Below are positions 25,192-35,376 of a DNA stretch of 64,000 nt, in pieces. Source of the DNA: Polyangiaceae bacterium (GTDB taxonomy: Bacteria > Myxococcota_A > Polyangia > Polyangiales > Polyangiaceae); assembly GCA_044376115.1 (NCBI GenBank), contig JBILLK010000004.1, positions 128,001 through 192,000 of the forward strand, read 5' to 3'. The notes beneath the pieces were generated by a model, which did no database searches, was not told the DNA's origin, and worked only from the letters and a program-made list of their open reading frames with translations. The position numbers were made by a program, and so were the translations under genes. Within the stretch, counting starts at the first letter, position 1. Every line of letters starts with the position of its first letter.

Positions 25192-25533
25192 ATGTCGAGA
25201 CCTCGCGCGGTCGCGATTTCTCTCTTACTGGGCGCCACCGCGTTGAGTGGTGGCGCCTGCGGTAAGACGATGACAAGCGCCGATTGCGAGCGCGTGGGGG
25301 GGCATCTGCGCGCCGTTTGGGACAGCGAGGCGGGCCTGGCGTTGCCGGCTGACGTGCCGAAGAGCGAGCGCGCCCAGAACGCAATTCGCTCCGAAGGCGA
25401 GAAGATGCAGAACGAGTGGCTCGCCCAGTGCCGCCGCGAGCTCGAAGGCCGCAAAGTGGATCAGAAGGAAGTGGACTGCCTGATGGCCGCCAAAACGGTC
25501 GCCGCGATTCAGAGCTGCGCTTCGGCGAAGTAG
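25192..25533 (+). CDS. Small Cys-containing lipoprotein
   Basis: Hydrophobic leader + GGAC; four further Cys (ADC, AQC, VDC, QSC). Confidence 0.75.
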   Translation: MSRPRAVAISLLLGATALSGGACGKTMTSADCERVGGHLRAVWDSEAGLALPADVPKSERAQNAIRSEGEKMQNEWLAQCRRELEGRKVDQKEVDCLMAAKTVAAIQSCASAK

Positions 25534-25564
25534 CCCACCAGCAGTCGGCCCGGCGGGCTGCAGC

Positions 25565-26350
25565 TCAGTTGAGCAGGTCCTTGTCGGACTTTCCGCCCTT
25601 GATTACGCGCAGACCAGCGGGGTTCGGCTTCTTCTCCCGCACGATCGCCGCACGAATCCCACGCAGAGACTCCGACTGGCTCTGCAGGCGCCGGAACTTC
25701 CACTGCAGGTAGAAGCGACGCAGCGGCGAGCCATCCGCCAGCAAGTAGCCGGCGAGCATGCCGCCGAACGGTGAAACGAGCCCCTCGCGACGCACTTCGT
25801 TGGCGAGGATGTAGAGCACGTTCATCACCAACACGAACGCGATGAAGCCCATGCCGGAGACGGGCAGTACGAAGAAGAGGCGCAGTTGGCGGTCCTTGAA
25901 GGACAAGCCCCAGGCGACCGCGATCGCGTCGATCACACCGAGCCCACCGTAGAACGTGGCTTGATGCAGGTTGGAAATCAGCAGCCCAACCACAACCTGG
26001 AGCAGACTGGCGAACACCCCGCTGACCAGCAAAAACACGCCAAATCGCCGCGGCCCCCAAGACTCCTCGAGGCTGCTGCCCAAAAAGTAGAGGCCCATCA
26101 AGGTGGTGAGCAGATGGCCCACCGAGCCTGGCCCCGAGGGCTGGTGCACCATGAAGCTCGTCAGCAGGCGCCAAACCTCACCGCCCTTGAGGATCTGGTC
26201 GCTGCCGGTCAGCAGCGAGAAGATGTCGACACCGCCGCCGGCCCAGTTGATTCCCGTCGCGAAGAAGATCCACAGCGCCGAGACCACGACCATGGCCGCA
26301 ATCAAAACCTTCTTGGGCTTGGGTAAGCCGAACGTGAGCTGTTCCGACAT
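25565..26350 (-). CDS. Rhomboid-family membrane protein, apparently catalytically inactive
   Basis: EVWRLLTSFMVH, HLL...LYFLGSSLEESWG..RF; GxSG appears as GGLG and HxxG as PFGG. Confidence 0.85.
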   Translation of the reverse strand: MSEQLTFGLPKPKKVLIAAMVVVSALWIFFATGINWAGGGVDIFSLLTGSDQILKGGEVWRLLTSFMVHQPSGPGSVGHLLTTLMGLYFLGSSLEESWGPRRFGVFLLVSGVFASLLQVVVGLLISNLHQATFYGGLGVIDAIAVAWGLSFKDRQLRLFFVLPVSGMGFIAFVLVMNVLYILANEVRREGLVSPFGGMLAGYLLADGSPLRRFYLQWKFRRLQSQSESLRGIRAAIVREKKPNPAGLRVIKGGKSDKDLLN

Positions 26351-26440
26351 GTTGGATCTTTCGGCACGATCGACCCGTGCGCGAAAGGGCATTGTGGCAC
26401 GGTCACCCCGAGCCGCGAGTCATTTCCACCCGCGGCTCGG

Positions 26441-28069
26441 TTAGGGCCTGGCCGGCAACAAGACCGCCTCGAGCACCAAGTCGAGGGTTGGCCGAGCGAG
26501 CGTTGGCTCGATCCAGGCCGCGCCGCTGCTGCGCAGCCGCGCCCGTGCACCCTCGCTGCCGTTGGGCGGCACCACGGCGATCGCGACAAGGCCGCTCTCA
26601 CGTACGACCAGCGCGGTCTCGATATCGGGCCCAACCTGGGCTGCCAGGACGCCGCGCTCGAACAGGGCTCGCTCCAAGACCGACGGGTCTTCGCCTGACG
26701 GATCGAGCAGGACCACCAGCGCCTTGTGACCGAGCCGCTCGGCCCGCGCCTGCGCGGAGATCTCCGAACGCTTGCGGCTCCCCTCGCCTGCTTGGCGGGC
26801 ACGCTGGATCATGCCTGCGGCCAGCGTCGCGTTGCTCTCGGGATCGATCAGGATGAAGGCGCCGGTGCTGCGGTTGTCCGCATAGCGATCGAACGCCAGC
26901 GGCTGCACGGTGCTGAGCCTAACGCTGCCGATGTCGTTGGCCGAAAGTTCTTGGGCAGGCCGCTCAGCCAGCGTCTCGAGGTCCACCTTGCCGAGCACCT
27001 CCTCGACGTGGGCGGCGAGCGAGCGAGCGCCGCATTTGAGCCAATAGCGCCTGCCAACCAAAAGCGGGGCATCGTCGAGCCAGACCAACGAAGCCTCGAA
27101 GCTCGAGGCCACCTCCGGGACGTGCGACGCAAGCGCCAACAGGTCCCCTCGCCCAACGTCCACGTCTTCGGTGAGCGCTACAGCGACCGAGAGCGGCGCG
27201 CGCGCCGAGCTCAGATCACCGCTCAGCGTGGTGATGCTGGCCACCACCGAGGACCGCCGCGACGGGAAGATGGTCACCGCGTCTCCCACCCGCAGCGTGC
27301 CGGAGAGCACCCTGCCCGCGAGCAAGCGTTGGTCGATCGACGGCCGCAGCACCTGCTGCACGAGATAACGGAGCGGAGCCTGTTGCGCGCGATGACGATG
27401 AGGCAGCGCCTCGAGCCACGACAGAAGCGAGGTTTGCTGCCAGGGCAGATTGGCGCTCGGCCCAATCACGCAATCGCCTTTGGTGGCGGAGATCGGGAAA
27501 CACTGCAGCTGCTCGAAACCGAGCCCAGCGGTAAGCGAGGAGAGCTCCTGCGCGAGCTGCTCGAAGCGCTCACGGCTGTAGCCCACGAGATCCATCTTGT
27601 TGATGGCTACCGCGAGGTACGGGATGCCGAAGAGCCCAGCGATCATCGCGTGACGCCGCGTCTGCGGCTGCACGCCGAGGCGCGCATCAACGAGAATGAC
27701 GGCGGCATCGGCGGTCGACGCCCCGGTGGCCATGTTGCGGGTGTACTGCACGTGGCCGGGCGTATCCGCGACGATCACTTTGCGCTTTTTCGTCGTGAAG
27801 TAGCGGTACGCGACATCGATGGTGATGCCTTGTTCACGCTCGGCGAGCAGCCCGTCGGTGAACAGCGAGAAGTCGATCTCTTGGTCTTTGCCAGCACGTT
27901 TGACCGCCGCGACTTGGTCCTCAGGAAGGCAGTCACAGTCGTAAAGAAGCCGGCCAATCAGCGTCGACTTTCCGTCATCCACCGAGCCCACGACGGCGAG
28001 CCGCAAGAGCTCACGTTCACTTTCGGCGAACGCGACGGGAGCGTTCTCAAACATGGCGTTGGGCTGCAT
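26441..28069 (-). CDS. cysN: Sulfate adenylyltransferase subunit 1 with degenerate CysC-like tail
   Basis: GSVDDGKSTLIGRLL, AEREQGITIDVAY, DTPGH, NKMD, TGAFILID. Confidence 0.95.
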   Translation of the reverse strand: MQPNAMFENAPVAFAESERELLRLAVVGSVDDGKSTLIGRLLYDCDCLPEDQVAAVKRAGKDQEIDFSLFTDGLLAEREQGITIDVAYRYFTTKKRKVIVADTPGHVQYTRNMATGASTADAAVILVDARLGVQPQTRRHAMIAGLFGIPYLAVAINKMDLVGYSRERFEQLAQELSSLTAGLGFEQLQCFPISATKGDCVIGPSANLPWQQTSLLSWLEALPHRHRAQQAPLRYLVQQVLRPSIDQRLLAGRVLSGTLRVGDAVTIFPSRRSSVVASITTLSGDLSSARAPLSVAVALTEDVDVGRGDLLALASHVPEVASSFEASLVWLDDAPLLVGRRYWLKCGARSLAAHVEEVLGKVDLETLAERPAQELSANDIGSVRLSTVQPLAFDRYADNRSTGAFILIDPESNATLAAGMIQRARQAGEGSRKRSEISAQARAERLGHKALVVLLDPSGEDPSVLERALFERGVLAAQVGPDIETALVVRESGLVAIAVVPPNGSEGARARLRSSGAAWIEPTLARPTLDLVLEAVLLPARP

Positions 28070-28977
28070 CAGAAGTACCCTTCTCGCTTCTTCGATTCCA
28101 TCGAACCGTCTTCATCGAAATCGATCAGGCGGCCGGCGCGTTCGGACTTTTTGCTGGCCAACATCTCGCGAAGGATGCCAGCGACGTCGGTGGCCTCCGA
28201 CTCCACTGCGCCGGAGAGCGGGTAACACCCCAGCGTGCGAAAACGCACCACCCGCCGGCTCGGCTGTTCACCGCTGCGCAGGCGCATGCGTTCATCGTCC
28301 ACCATGATCCAGGTTCCGGAGCGGCTGACGACAGGCCGTTCTGCGGCGAAATAGAGCGGAACCACCGGGATTTGCTCGCGCAGGATGTAGAGCCAAACGT
28401 CGAGTTCGGTCCAGTTCGACATCGGGAAGACGCGCATGCTTTGACCGGCAGCTACACGGCCGTTGTACAGCTCCCAAAGCTCCGGCCGCTGCCGGCGCGG
28501 ATCCCAAGCGCCCTGTGCGTCGCGAAAGGAGAACACACGCTCTTTGGCTCGCGAACGCTCCTCATCTCGCCGCGCTCCGCCGATCGCAGCGTCGAACTCG
28601 CCATGTTTGAGCGCCTCGAGCAGCGCCTGGGTTTTGGTCGCGTGGGTGTAGGCCTGACTCGAATGGTCGAACGGGTTGATGCCCTGCTCGAGCGCGCGCG
28701 TGTTGCGATGGACCAAGAGCGAGAGCCCATGCTCGCGAACGACCGCGTCGCGGAAGGCGTACATCTCGCGAAACTTCCACGTAGTGTCGATGTGCAGCAG
28801 CGGGAACGGAACCTTCAGTGGGAAGAAGGCCTTGCGCGCGAGGTGCAGCAGGACCTGCGAGTCTTTGCCGATGCTGTACATGAGCACCGGCTTCTGAAAC
28901 TCGCTGGCCGTCTCTCGTAAGATCGCGATGGCCTCAGCCTCGAGCAGGTCCAAGTGGGTATGTCGTTCAACGTTCAT
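28069..28977 (-). CDS. cysD: Sulfate adenylyltransferase subunit 2
   Basis: [38 protein letters not shown]. Start ATG 28977. Confidence 0.97.
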   Translation of the reverse strand: MNVERHTHLDLLEAEAIAILRETASEFQKPVLMYSIGKDSQVLLHLARKAFFPLKVPFPLLHIDTTWKFREMYAFRDAVVREHGLSLLVHRNTRALEQGINPFDHSSQAYTHATKTQALLEALKHGEFDAAIGGARRDEERSRAKERVFSFRDAQGAWDPRRQRPELWELYNGRVAAGQSMRVFPMSNWTELDVWLYILREQIPVVPLYFAAERPVVSRSGTWIMVDDERMRLRSGEQPSRRVVRFRTLGCYPLSGAVESEATDVAGILREMLASKKSERAGRLIDFDEDGSMESKKREGYF

Positions 28978-28985
28978 GGCGTTAC

Positions 28986-29849
28986 TCAAGCTGAAATCAA
29001 GTTGCTCCGACGGGCGCGCAGCCGGGCCCAGACGTGAAGACCGAGCGCAAACAGAAGGGCGCTGGACCAAGCCACGCTGCGCGGGACCCAACCGCTCGAC
29101 GTCACCGTGACGGCGAGCCCAATCGTCACCAGCACCATGTCGACGCGCATGCAGATCGAGCTGAAGAGCGCGCGATTGACGCGCTTCATCAACCAACGCC
29201 CGCCGGCTAGACCGAGCAACACGAGGGGCAAAAAGGAGGCCGAAATGCCTGCGCTTTGCCAGGTGAGCGCACCGATCACCGCGTACACCCCCAACGTGAG
29301 CAACGACTCGAACACCCGCACGATAGCGAGGGCAGCGCGGAACTCGTCTTGCGCTAGCCCAAGGTTGTTGAAGTAGAGCGCGAGCGGCGGACCAGAGACG
29401 GTGGTGGTCGCGTAGAGCACGCCCAGACCAAAACCAAACGGAGGTCCGGAACGGGCGGCGGAACGAATCGGCCAGCGCCAAGCGAAGGACTGCAGGGCGA
29501 TCACCGGCAACAGCACGACGTAGGTCCCCGCTTTGAGCAGCTGGGCCGAGATCACGCCGAAGAGGAACCCACCGACGATCACTCCAGGAACGAGTCCGAA
29601 GAGAATCGGCCTCACGTGTGGCCAGACCGCCCTTACCTGTCGACGGTTCAACCACAGCGAGACGCTGTTGAGCACGACCTCGAGCAGCACGAGCGCCGGG
29701 TTGAGCACGCGGCTCGCCACCATGGTGAGGCTGATCGGGACGACCACCGAGGAGAAGCCGTATCCGAGCGCACCGTTGACGCCGGCAGCCAAAGTAGCGG
29801 CCGCCAACAGCACGAGGAAAACCTGCAGCGACAGATCGAGTATCTCCAT
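28986..29849 (-). CDS. TauE/SafE (TSUP) family permease
   Basis: About 8 TM helices; [22 protein letters not shown] 29849 lies 6 nt after AGGAG (alternative start 29855). Confidence 0.85.
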   Translation of the reverse strand: MEILDLSLQVFLVLLAAATLAAGVNGALGYGFSSVVVPISLTMVASRVLNPALVLLEVVLNSVSLWLNRRQVRAVWPHVRPILFGLVPGVIVGGFLFGVISAQLLKAGTYVVLLPVIALQSFAWRWPIRSAARSGPPFGFGLGVLYATTTVSGPPLALYFNNLGLAQDEFRAALAIVRVFESLLTLGVYAVIGALTWQSAGISASFLPLVLLGLAGGRWLMKRVNRALFSSICMRVDMVLVTIGLAVTVTSSGWVPRSVAWSSALLFALGLHVWARLRARRSNLISA

Positions 29850-29851
29850 CG

Positions 29852-30586
29852 TCATCTCCTGTGCAGACCGCATTCGCGATGGGCCGCCGACTCCCACCAC
29901 CAGCGGCCTGCGCGCTCGTCTTCATGGGGTCGAACCGCTCGGGTGCAGGGCGCACAGCCGATCGACGGGTAGCCGACATCGTGTAGGCGGTTATATGGCA
30001 GACGCTCCTCTTCGATAACGGCCCAAACCTCGGCGCGCGTCCAGGTGGCCAGCGGGCTGAACTTGACCAGACCGTTTTGCGCATCCCACTGCACAGTGGG
30101 CAGCTCATCGCGGGTCACGCTCTGCTCGCGCCGCATGCCCGTGATCCAGGCTCGCCGGCCTGCTAGGGCGCGCGACAGCGGCTCGACTTTGCGCAAGGAG
30201 CAGCACTCTTTGCGCGCCTCCAAACTCTCGCGGAAGGAGAAGAACCCTTTGCGGCGCACCAGCTCCTCAACCGCGAGATGGTTCGGAACCAGCGTCTCTA
30301 GCGATAGCCCAAAGCGCTCGACCACGGCCTGCATCACCTCGAAGGTCTCAGCCGGAAGTCGGCCGGTATCGATGGTGAAGACCTGAAGCGCACTCCCGCC
30401 GATCTGCTGCGCCGCCAGGTGCAGCAGCACGATGTCCTCCGGCCCGAAGCTCGTGGCGAGCACCGCCTGCGTGCCAAACCGCTCGAACGCGGCAGCTAGT
30501 ACCTCTCGTGCTCCAGTTGGAGCGGCGCGCGAAGCGACCCACTCGCGATCGGCGGCAGGAGACAGGGGGTCGGGCTGCAGAACCAT
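29852..30586 (-). CDS. cysH: Adenylyl-sulfate (APS) reductase, CysH family, 4Fe-4S type
   Basis: [40 protein letters not shown]. Confidence 0.95.
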   Translation of the reverse strand: MVLQPDPLSPAADREWVASRAAPTGAREVLAAAFERFGTQAVLATSFGPEDIVLLHLAAQQIGGSALQVFTIDTGRLPAETFEVMQAVVERFGLSLETLVPNHLAVEELVRRKGFFSFRESLEARKECCSLRKVEPLSRALAGRRAWITGMRREQSVTRDELPTVQWDAQNGLVKFSPLATWTRAEVWAVIEEERLPYNRLHDVGYPSIGCAPCTRAVRPHEDERAGRWWWESAAHRECGLHRR

Positions 30587-30683
30587 AGTGGATCTGCATC
30601 TATTATCACAGAATCAGGCCAAGGCTAGAACAACATCCAAGATAGCAGACGATCCAACGGGGAGTTCCGGCCCCAGCCTAAGC

Positions 30684-31619
30684 TCATAAGGCAAAGCAAT
30701 AAATGCGAGCTGATCCCGCTGTCGACGAAAGCCCCACGGCGTCACAGCCATTCGACGGGTGGGTGGAATTCCAGTTGTCGAACATGTTGACGGGGTTTGG
30801 CGAATCGAAGTGGCCCACCGTTGCGCGGGGGTTGAACTGCGCTGAGCTCGTCCAGTTGTCGCAGGTGTCAGTGGTCGCCATGCCGTTCTGCGTCGAGCCG
30901 GTGATGATGTCGTGCTCCCCAATCGGCGGCATTTGCATGTACTCGTCACGCATCAGGTTCATCGCGATGCCGCTGCTATGCAGCGTGTTGACGCTGGAGG
31001 CCACAAGCTCGCCGAGGCTGTTGTACCAAGGGCCAGTACCAATGCGATCGCGCGCATTCATGTTCGACGTGCTGAGATAGGCACGCCAGGTCTTGTTACC
31101 AAGCGAGGCCGCCTGCGCAAGCTGTTGGCAGAACATGTCTGCACCGGAAATCCCCCCAAAATCGCCGGTCATATTGCCAACACTGCTGACGAAGAAGGAC
31201 GTCAGATCCGAGGCGGGGAGAATACATTGACCCGCCGGGGTGCAAACCTCCGCAGGGGCGCAGTCCCCACAACTACCGTTGCAACCGTCGTCGCCGCAAA
31301 CCTGGCTTCCACAATCCGCGACGCAACCGCCCGCGCCGCCATTCGCCGCGCTACCGCCGTTTGCCGCGCCACCGTTACCGCCATTGGCTGCGCCGCCGTT
31401 GCCGCCATTGGCCGCGCCGCCGTTGCCGCCATTGGCCGCGCCACCGTTGCCGCCATTGGCCGCGCCACCGTTACCGCCATTGGCCGCGCCACCATTACCG
31501 GCGGCGCCGTTCCCGGCCCCGCCGTTCGGACTCCCCCCGGCGTTTGAGCTGCCACCAGCCCCCGAATCACCGCAGGCGAGCACGCCCAACCCGAATACCC
31601 ATGCAAGCGACGTTTTCAT
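30684..31619 (-). CDS. Lipoprotein with Gly-rich linker, Cys-rich repeat and endostatin/C-type-lectin-like (DUF1554-like) domain; paralog A
   Basis: VLAC lipobox; CGSQVCGDDGCNGSCG; FGGISGADMFCQ, WRAYLST, ARDRIGTGPW, IYCF. Confidence 0.8.
   Translation of the reverse strand: MKTSLAWVFGLGVLACGDSGAGGSSNAGGSPNGGAGNGAAGNGGAANGGNGGAANGGNGGAANGGNGGAANGGNGGAANGGNGGAANGGSAANGGAGGCVADCGSQVCGDDGCNGSCGDCAPAEVCTPAGQCILPASDLTSFFVSSVGNMTGDFGGISGADMFCQQLAQAASLGNKTWRAYLSTSNMNARDRIGTGPWYNSLGELVASSVNTLHSSGIAMNLMRDEYMQMPPIGEHDIITGSTQNGMATTDTCDNWTSSAQFNPRATVGHFDSPNPVNMFDNWNSTHPSNGCDAVGLSSTAGSARIYCFAL
31335..31525. repeat. 24-nt coding tandem repeat (AANGGNGG, about 5-6 units)
   Basis: Repeated CCGCCATTGGCCGCGCCRCCGTTR inside paralog A. 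Confidence 0.85.
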
Positions 31620-31684
31620 AACCCTCCGAGTGACCGCAGCCTCCAAAATAGCGGACGAGCCGACGGACCTACGCATGCGGCTCT

Positions 31685-32533
31685 TTACAGCGCGAAGCAG
31701 TACACACGCGCGGTACCACCAGTCGACGCTAAGCCAGCTGCGTCACAGCCATTCGATTGGTGGGTGGAGTTCCAGTTGTCGAACTCGTTGACCGGGTTGG
31801 GCGAGTCGAAATGACCCACCATCGCCTTCGGGTTGAACTTGGCCGCGCTGGTCCAATTGTCACACGTGTCCGCCGTAGCTCTGCCGTCTTGGGTCGACCC
31901 CGTGAGGATGTCGTGTTCCGAGATCGGCGGGGGCTCTCCGAGCTCGGTGAGCATGCGATCCATCGCGACGCCGTTGGCATGGAGAGACGCCACATCGGCC
32001 GCCACCACGAGTCCGGCAGCGTTGAACCAGGGCCCCGTACCAATGCGATCACGCGCATCCTCGCTCGAAGTGCTCAAGTAGGCGCGCCACGTTTTGTCGC
32101 CAAGCGACGCTGCCTCAGCCAACCCCTGGCAAAAGTTGTCCGCGCCCACGAGGCCGCCGAAGTCTCCAGAGCCGTTCCCTTCGCTGCTTACGAAGAAAGA
32201 GGTATCGCCGGATGGCGCAGCAATGCATTGACCTGCGCTGCTGCACACGTCCTCGGGCCCGCACACGCCACAGTTTCCGTCGCAACCGTCGGAGCCGCAC
32301 ATTTTGGTGCCACAATCCGGGGTGCAATTTCCCCCGCCGCCTTGATTCGCAGCGCCAGCAGCGCCAGCACCACCCTCGCTACCAGCGCCAACACCGCCCG
32401 CGCCACTGTTGCTGTTGCCCCCAGCGCTCGCGCCGCCGCCCCCCGTATTCGAGTTGCCACCGGCACTACTCGAGCCCGAGTCACCGCAAGCCAAGACGCC
32501 CATTCCAACGACCCAAGTAAGCAGCCACTTCAT
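31685..32533 (-). CDS. Lipoprotein with endostatin/C-type-lectin-like domain; paralog B
   Basis: Same motifs as paralog A; start chosen by alignment (MKWLLTWVVGMGVLACGDSG vs MKTSLAWVFGLGVLACGDSG). Confidence 0.8.
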   Translation of the reverse strand: MKWLLTWVVGMGVLACGDSGSSSAGGNSNTGGGGASAGGNSNSGAGGVGAGSEGGAGAAGAANQGGGGNCTPDCGTKMCGSDGCDGNCGVCGPEDVCSSAGQCIAAPSGDTSFFVSSEGNGSGDFGGLVGADNFCQGLAEAASLGDKTWRAYLSTSSEDARDRIGTGPWFNAAGLVVAADVASLHANGVAMDRMLTELGEPPPISEHDILTGSTQDGRATADTCDNWTSAAKFNPKAMVGHFDSPNPVNEFDNWNSTHQSNGCDAAGLASTGGTARVYCFAL

Positions 32534-32639
32534 AATCTTCAAGGCTACCCACGAAACGGTCGCTTTGGCCATAGGGCGAATGCGTCGCACATCGGCTCAT
32601 TCGCCCTACTAGGACCAGCCGAACGCGCGTGACCGCCCG

Positions 32640-34334
32640 TCAAGTGAGCACCATAGGCTCGATCTTGCTCGGCGGCACCGGCCCTGCGCCCAGCAGCTCA
32701 GCTTGAAAGCGAGCGTCCGCAAACCTCTCGCCGTGCGCGGCCTTGTGTGCGCTGCGCACCGCTTCGATCTCGAGCTGACCTTGCAGATACGAGAGCGCCT
32801 GCAGTCCGGAGCGCGCGTAGCGGACGGCTTGTCGCTCGGCCCACGGCAGCGGCATGCCGGTGGAAGCCACGAGAAAGTCGGCCACCCGCGCTCGCGTCCA
32901 ACCCTGAGCGTGAAGACCGACATCAGCGAGCGCGCGCGCCGCGTGAATGGCGCGGCAGAAGAAGTGAAACAGCTGCTCGACCGGTCGATAGAAGCCGGCT
33001 CGCTGCATCTCAGACTCGGCGTACACAGCCCAGCCCTCGATCATCAGCTGCGGGATCCAAGCGTCGCGCAACACGCCACATTCGTCGGGAACCGAAAGCA
33101 GCCGCACCGGCGCAAGGCTCTTACCAAAGCGCAGTTGCCAGGCCCGGCTTTGCAAGAAATGCCCCGGCACGGCCTCGTGCACCGAGAGCGATTGAACGTT
33201 GGCGAGCGGATGCAGCGCTGGATCGAGCAGGACCGCACAAGCTCCGGGGGCATCGCCGCCAAAGAGCGGCGCCGGCCAGTTGGTGCAGGCCGAAAACTTC
33301 CGCCATAGCTCGGGCGACGGGCGAACCTCGCACTGGCACGGATCGGGGATGGTGAAGGTACCGCGCTCGCGGCAGAAGTCCTGCGCACGGGCGATCGCCG
33401 CCTGATACAGCGGGATGATGCCGTCTGCGCTCGCGGCCGTTGGCTTTAGCAGCGCCATCACCGTGGCCGTGGCGTCACCGAAGGAGCGCACGCTGGCTGG
33501 CGCGCCCGGGATGGTGGTCGCGAGCTGCGCCGCGAGCTCGGTCATCTGCGTGCGCGCGTCCGCGAGCTCGGCTTCGGCCCCTTGTTGCAGCGGACCAATG
33601 CCGGAGAGCCCCCACCAATCGGAGAGGCGCCGCTCATACTCGCGTTCACCCAACGCTACGACGTCGCGTGCCCCGGAAGACGGAGCTACCTCCTCGCGTA
33701 AAAACGCGACGAATGTCGCGACCTCTTTCGCCGCCGCCGCGGCCGAGACCGCGACCTCGGCGTGGTGCGGCGCGTGCTCGAAGGCCGTGCTCACGATCGC
33801 GAGCAGATCGGCTTCGGCCGTCGCAAGTTGCTGCGCCACCACCTCGACCACCGCCGTTGAGAATGCACGGCCTTCGCGTACGCCGGTTCGCAAGGCTTCG
33901 CGCGCAGCGTCCACAAACGCTGGCAACGCCGAAACTCGACCCGTCACGGTGCGGCGACTCACTTCGTCGTTCACGTGCGCTGCCGCGTGCGCCAGCATCA
34001 TGATCGCGTAAGGCACCTCCTCGAGCGAAACCGCGGCGCGACCGCGATCGGCGGCCAGCACCGTCTCGCGCGCATGGGCTCGCAGCGCCCAAGCATCGAG
34101 GTGTTGCTCACGATCGAGCGGACCTTCGGCTTCCAGCGCCGCGAGCTTGCTGAGCACAGCTGCCGCCGCCCGACCTCGCTTGGTCGCTGCGGTGATCGAT
34201 GGGTCGCGCAGCCGTCCGAACGGATCGGCGAGGCCCATCGTGCTGGCCTCCTCGGGCTCCGCTTCGACCCAGCTGTCGAAGAAGCGTTGCTTGAGGGCTG
34301 CAAATTCTGCGTCGCGCGCTGCGAGTCGGCTCAC
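32640..34334 (-). CDS. DUF885-family protein
   Basis: PEEASTMG, VHEAVPGHFLQ, EGWAVYAE, ARALADVGLH, QALSY, LLGAGPVP. Start GTG approximate. Confidence 0.88.
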   Translation of the reverse strand: MSRLAARDAEFAALKQRFFDSWVEAEPEEASTMGLADPFGRLRDPSITAATKRGRAAAAVLSKLAALEAEGPLDREQHLDAWALRAHARETVLAADRGRAAVSLEEVPYAIMMLAHAAAHVNDEVSRRTVTGRVSALPAFVDAAREALRTGVREGRAFSTAVVEVVAQQLATAEADLLAIVSTAFEHAPHHAEVAVSAAAAAKEVATFVAFLREEVAPSSGARDVVALGEREYERRLSDWWGLSGIGPLQQGAEAELADARTQMTELAAQLATTIPGAPASVRSFGDATATVMALLKPTAASADGIIPLYQAAIARAQDFCRERGTFTIPDPCQCEVRPSPELWRKFSACTNWPAPLFGGDAPGACAVLLDPALHPLANVQSLSVHEAVPGHFLQSRAWQLRFGKSLAPVRLLSVPDECGVLRDAWIPQLMIEGWAVYAESEMQRAGFYRPVEQLFHFFCRAIHAARALADVGLHAQGWTRARVADFLVASTGMPLPWAERQAVRYARSGLQALSYLQGQLEIEAVRSAHKAAHGERFADARFQAELLGAGPVPPSKIEPMVLT

Positions 34335-34399
34335 GAGGCGTAGGCTAGCCGTCGAACCGAGCAGGCCCAACCGCGCTCACGTCATGCTAGAAACCGCTC

Positions 34400-35329
34400 G
34401 TGATTTCACCGCGGTCCATCGACGGTCATAGCGCCCTCCCCTCGTCCCCGGAGGGCGCGTCGGTCACCGAGGCCGAACTTCCGCTGCGCTTCGAGGACAT
34501 CACGCAAGACGCTCGCTTGCAGCTCGTGGCGTTGTTGCCGGGGCTCGGAGCCACCGGCTGGCGCGCGTTGATGAAAGAGCCGTACACCAAGACGATGCTT
34601 CGCAGCGGTATCGTGCCGCTCCTCACCCGCATTGTGATGGAGGCCGAAGACGGGCCATTCAGCGTGAACGGCTCGCTAGGCTATCGCGGCAGTTACGGCT
34701 TCTCCCATGTGCTCGCCGCGAACGGTGAGGTCGATCGGTTGCAGCTCGCGATGTGGCTCGAGGCCGAGCTGCCCATCGGCCGAACCTACGGCGCCGCTCC
34801 GCCCAACGCTGGCGAACGAACGCGCGCCGGCCGCGTCTACGCCGAACACACGCTCACCCGGCCGTTTGGTCCGAAGGAGGAGCGCCGCGTGCGGCGGTTG
34901 GAGGTCGAAGGGCTCGAGGCTGTGCCCGGCCAGGCGCTTCAGCCGATGGCCGTCGCCGACAACGCGCGCCTGCCACTGGGAGCAACGTTGCTCGATCCGG
35001 CGCCGCTGTTCGATAGCGCGACCACGGTCTTTGGCGTGGGCCACACCGACTCCAACCAACACGTCAATTCGCTGGTCTATGTGCGCCTGTTCGAAGAGGC
35101 CGCGCTGCGACGCTTTTCGCACCACGGCCAGCCCAGCGCACGGCTCTTGCGGCAGCTGCAGATCGGCTACCGCAAGCCGTGTTTCGCTGGGGAGAGCGTG
35201 CGCTTCGCGCTGCAGGCCTTCGAGCAGGGCGGCCGGCTCGGTGCCTGTGCGGCGCTGCTCCCGGCAACGGCTACCGCGCCCGAAGACGTCAGCCGTGCCC
35301 ACGCTTTCGTCTCCGGCTGGTTCGACTGA
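34400..35329 (+). CDS. Double-hotdog acyl-ACP/acyl-CoA thioesterase-like protein
   Basis: LRFEDITQD in the first half; TDSNQHVNSLVY and IGYRKPCFAGE in the second. Start uncertain. Confidence 0.75.
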   Translation: MISPRSIDGHSALPSSPEGASVTEAELPLRFEDITQDARLQLVALLPGLGATGWRALMKEPYTKTMLRSGIVPLLTRIVMEAEDGPFSVNGSLGYRGSYGFSHVLAANGEVDRLQLAMWLEAELPIGRTYGAAPPNAGERTRAGRVYAEHTLTRPFGPKEERRVRRLEVEGLEAVPGQALQPMAVADNARLPLGATLLDPAPLFDSATTVFGVGHTDSNQHVNSLVYVRLFEEAALRRFSHHGQPSARLLRQLQIGYRKPCFAGESVRFALQAFEQGGRLGACAALLPATATAPEDVSRAHAFVSGWFD

Positions 35330-35376
35330 CCGCACCAATTTTTCCCGTTCAACCTTCGCGTAGTACGGTCCCGCCG

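Noticed and set aside
28978..30108. Apparent 679-aa CysD fusion
   Set aside because: The upstream part overlaps tauE and cysH in another frame and is Arg-rich noise; CysD homology starts at 28977.
31335..31525. Regular repeats resembling a CRISPR array
   Set aside because: No unique spacers; the units are in-frame coding Gly-rich repeats, and there are no cas genes.
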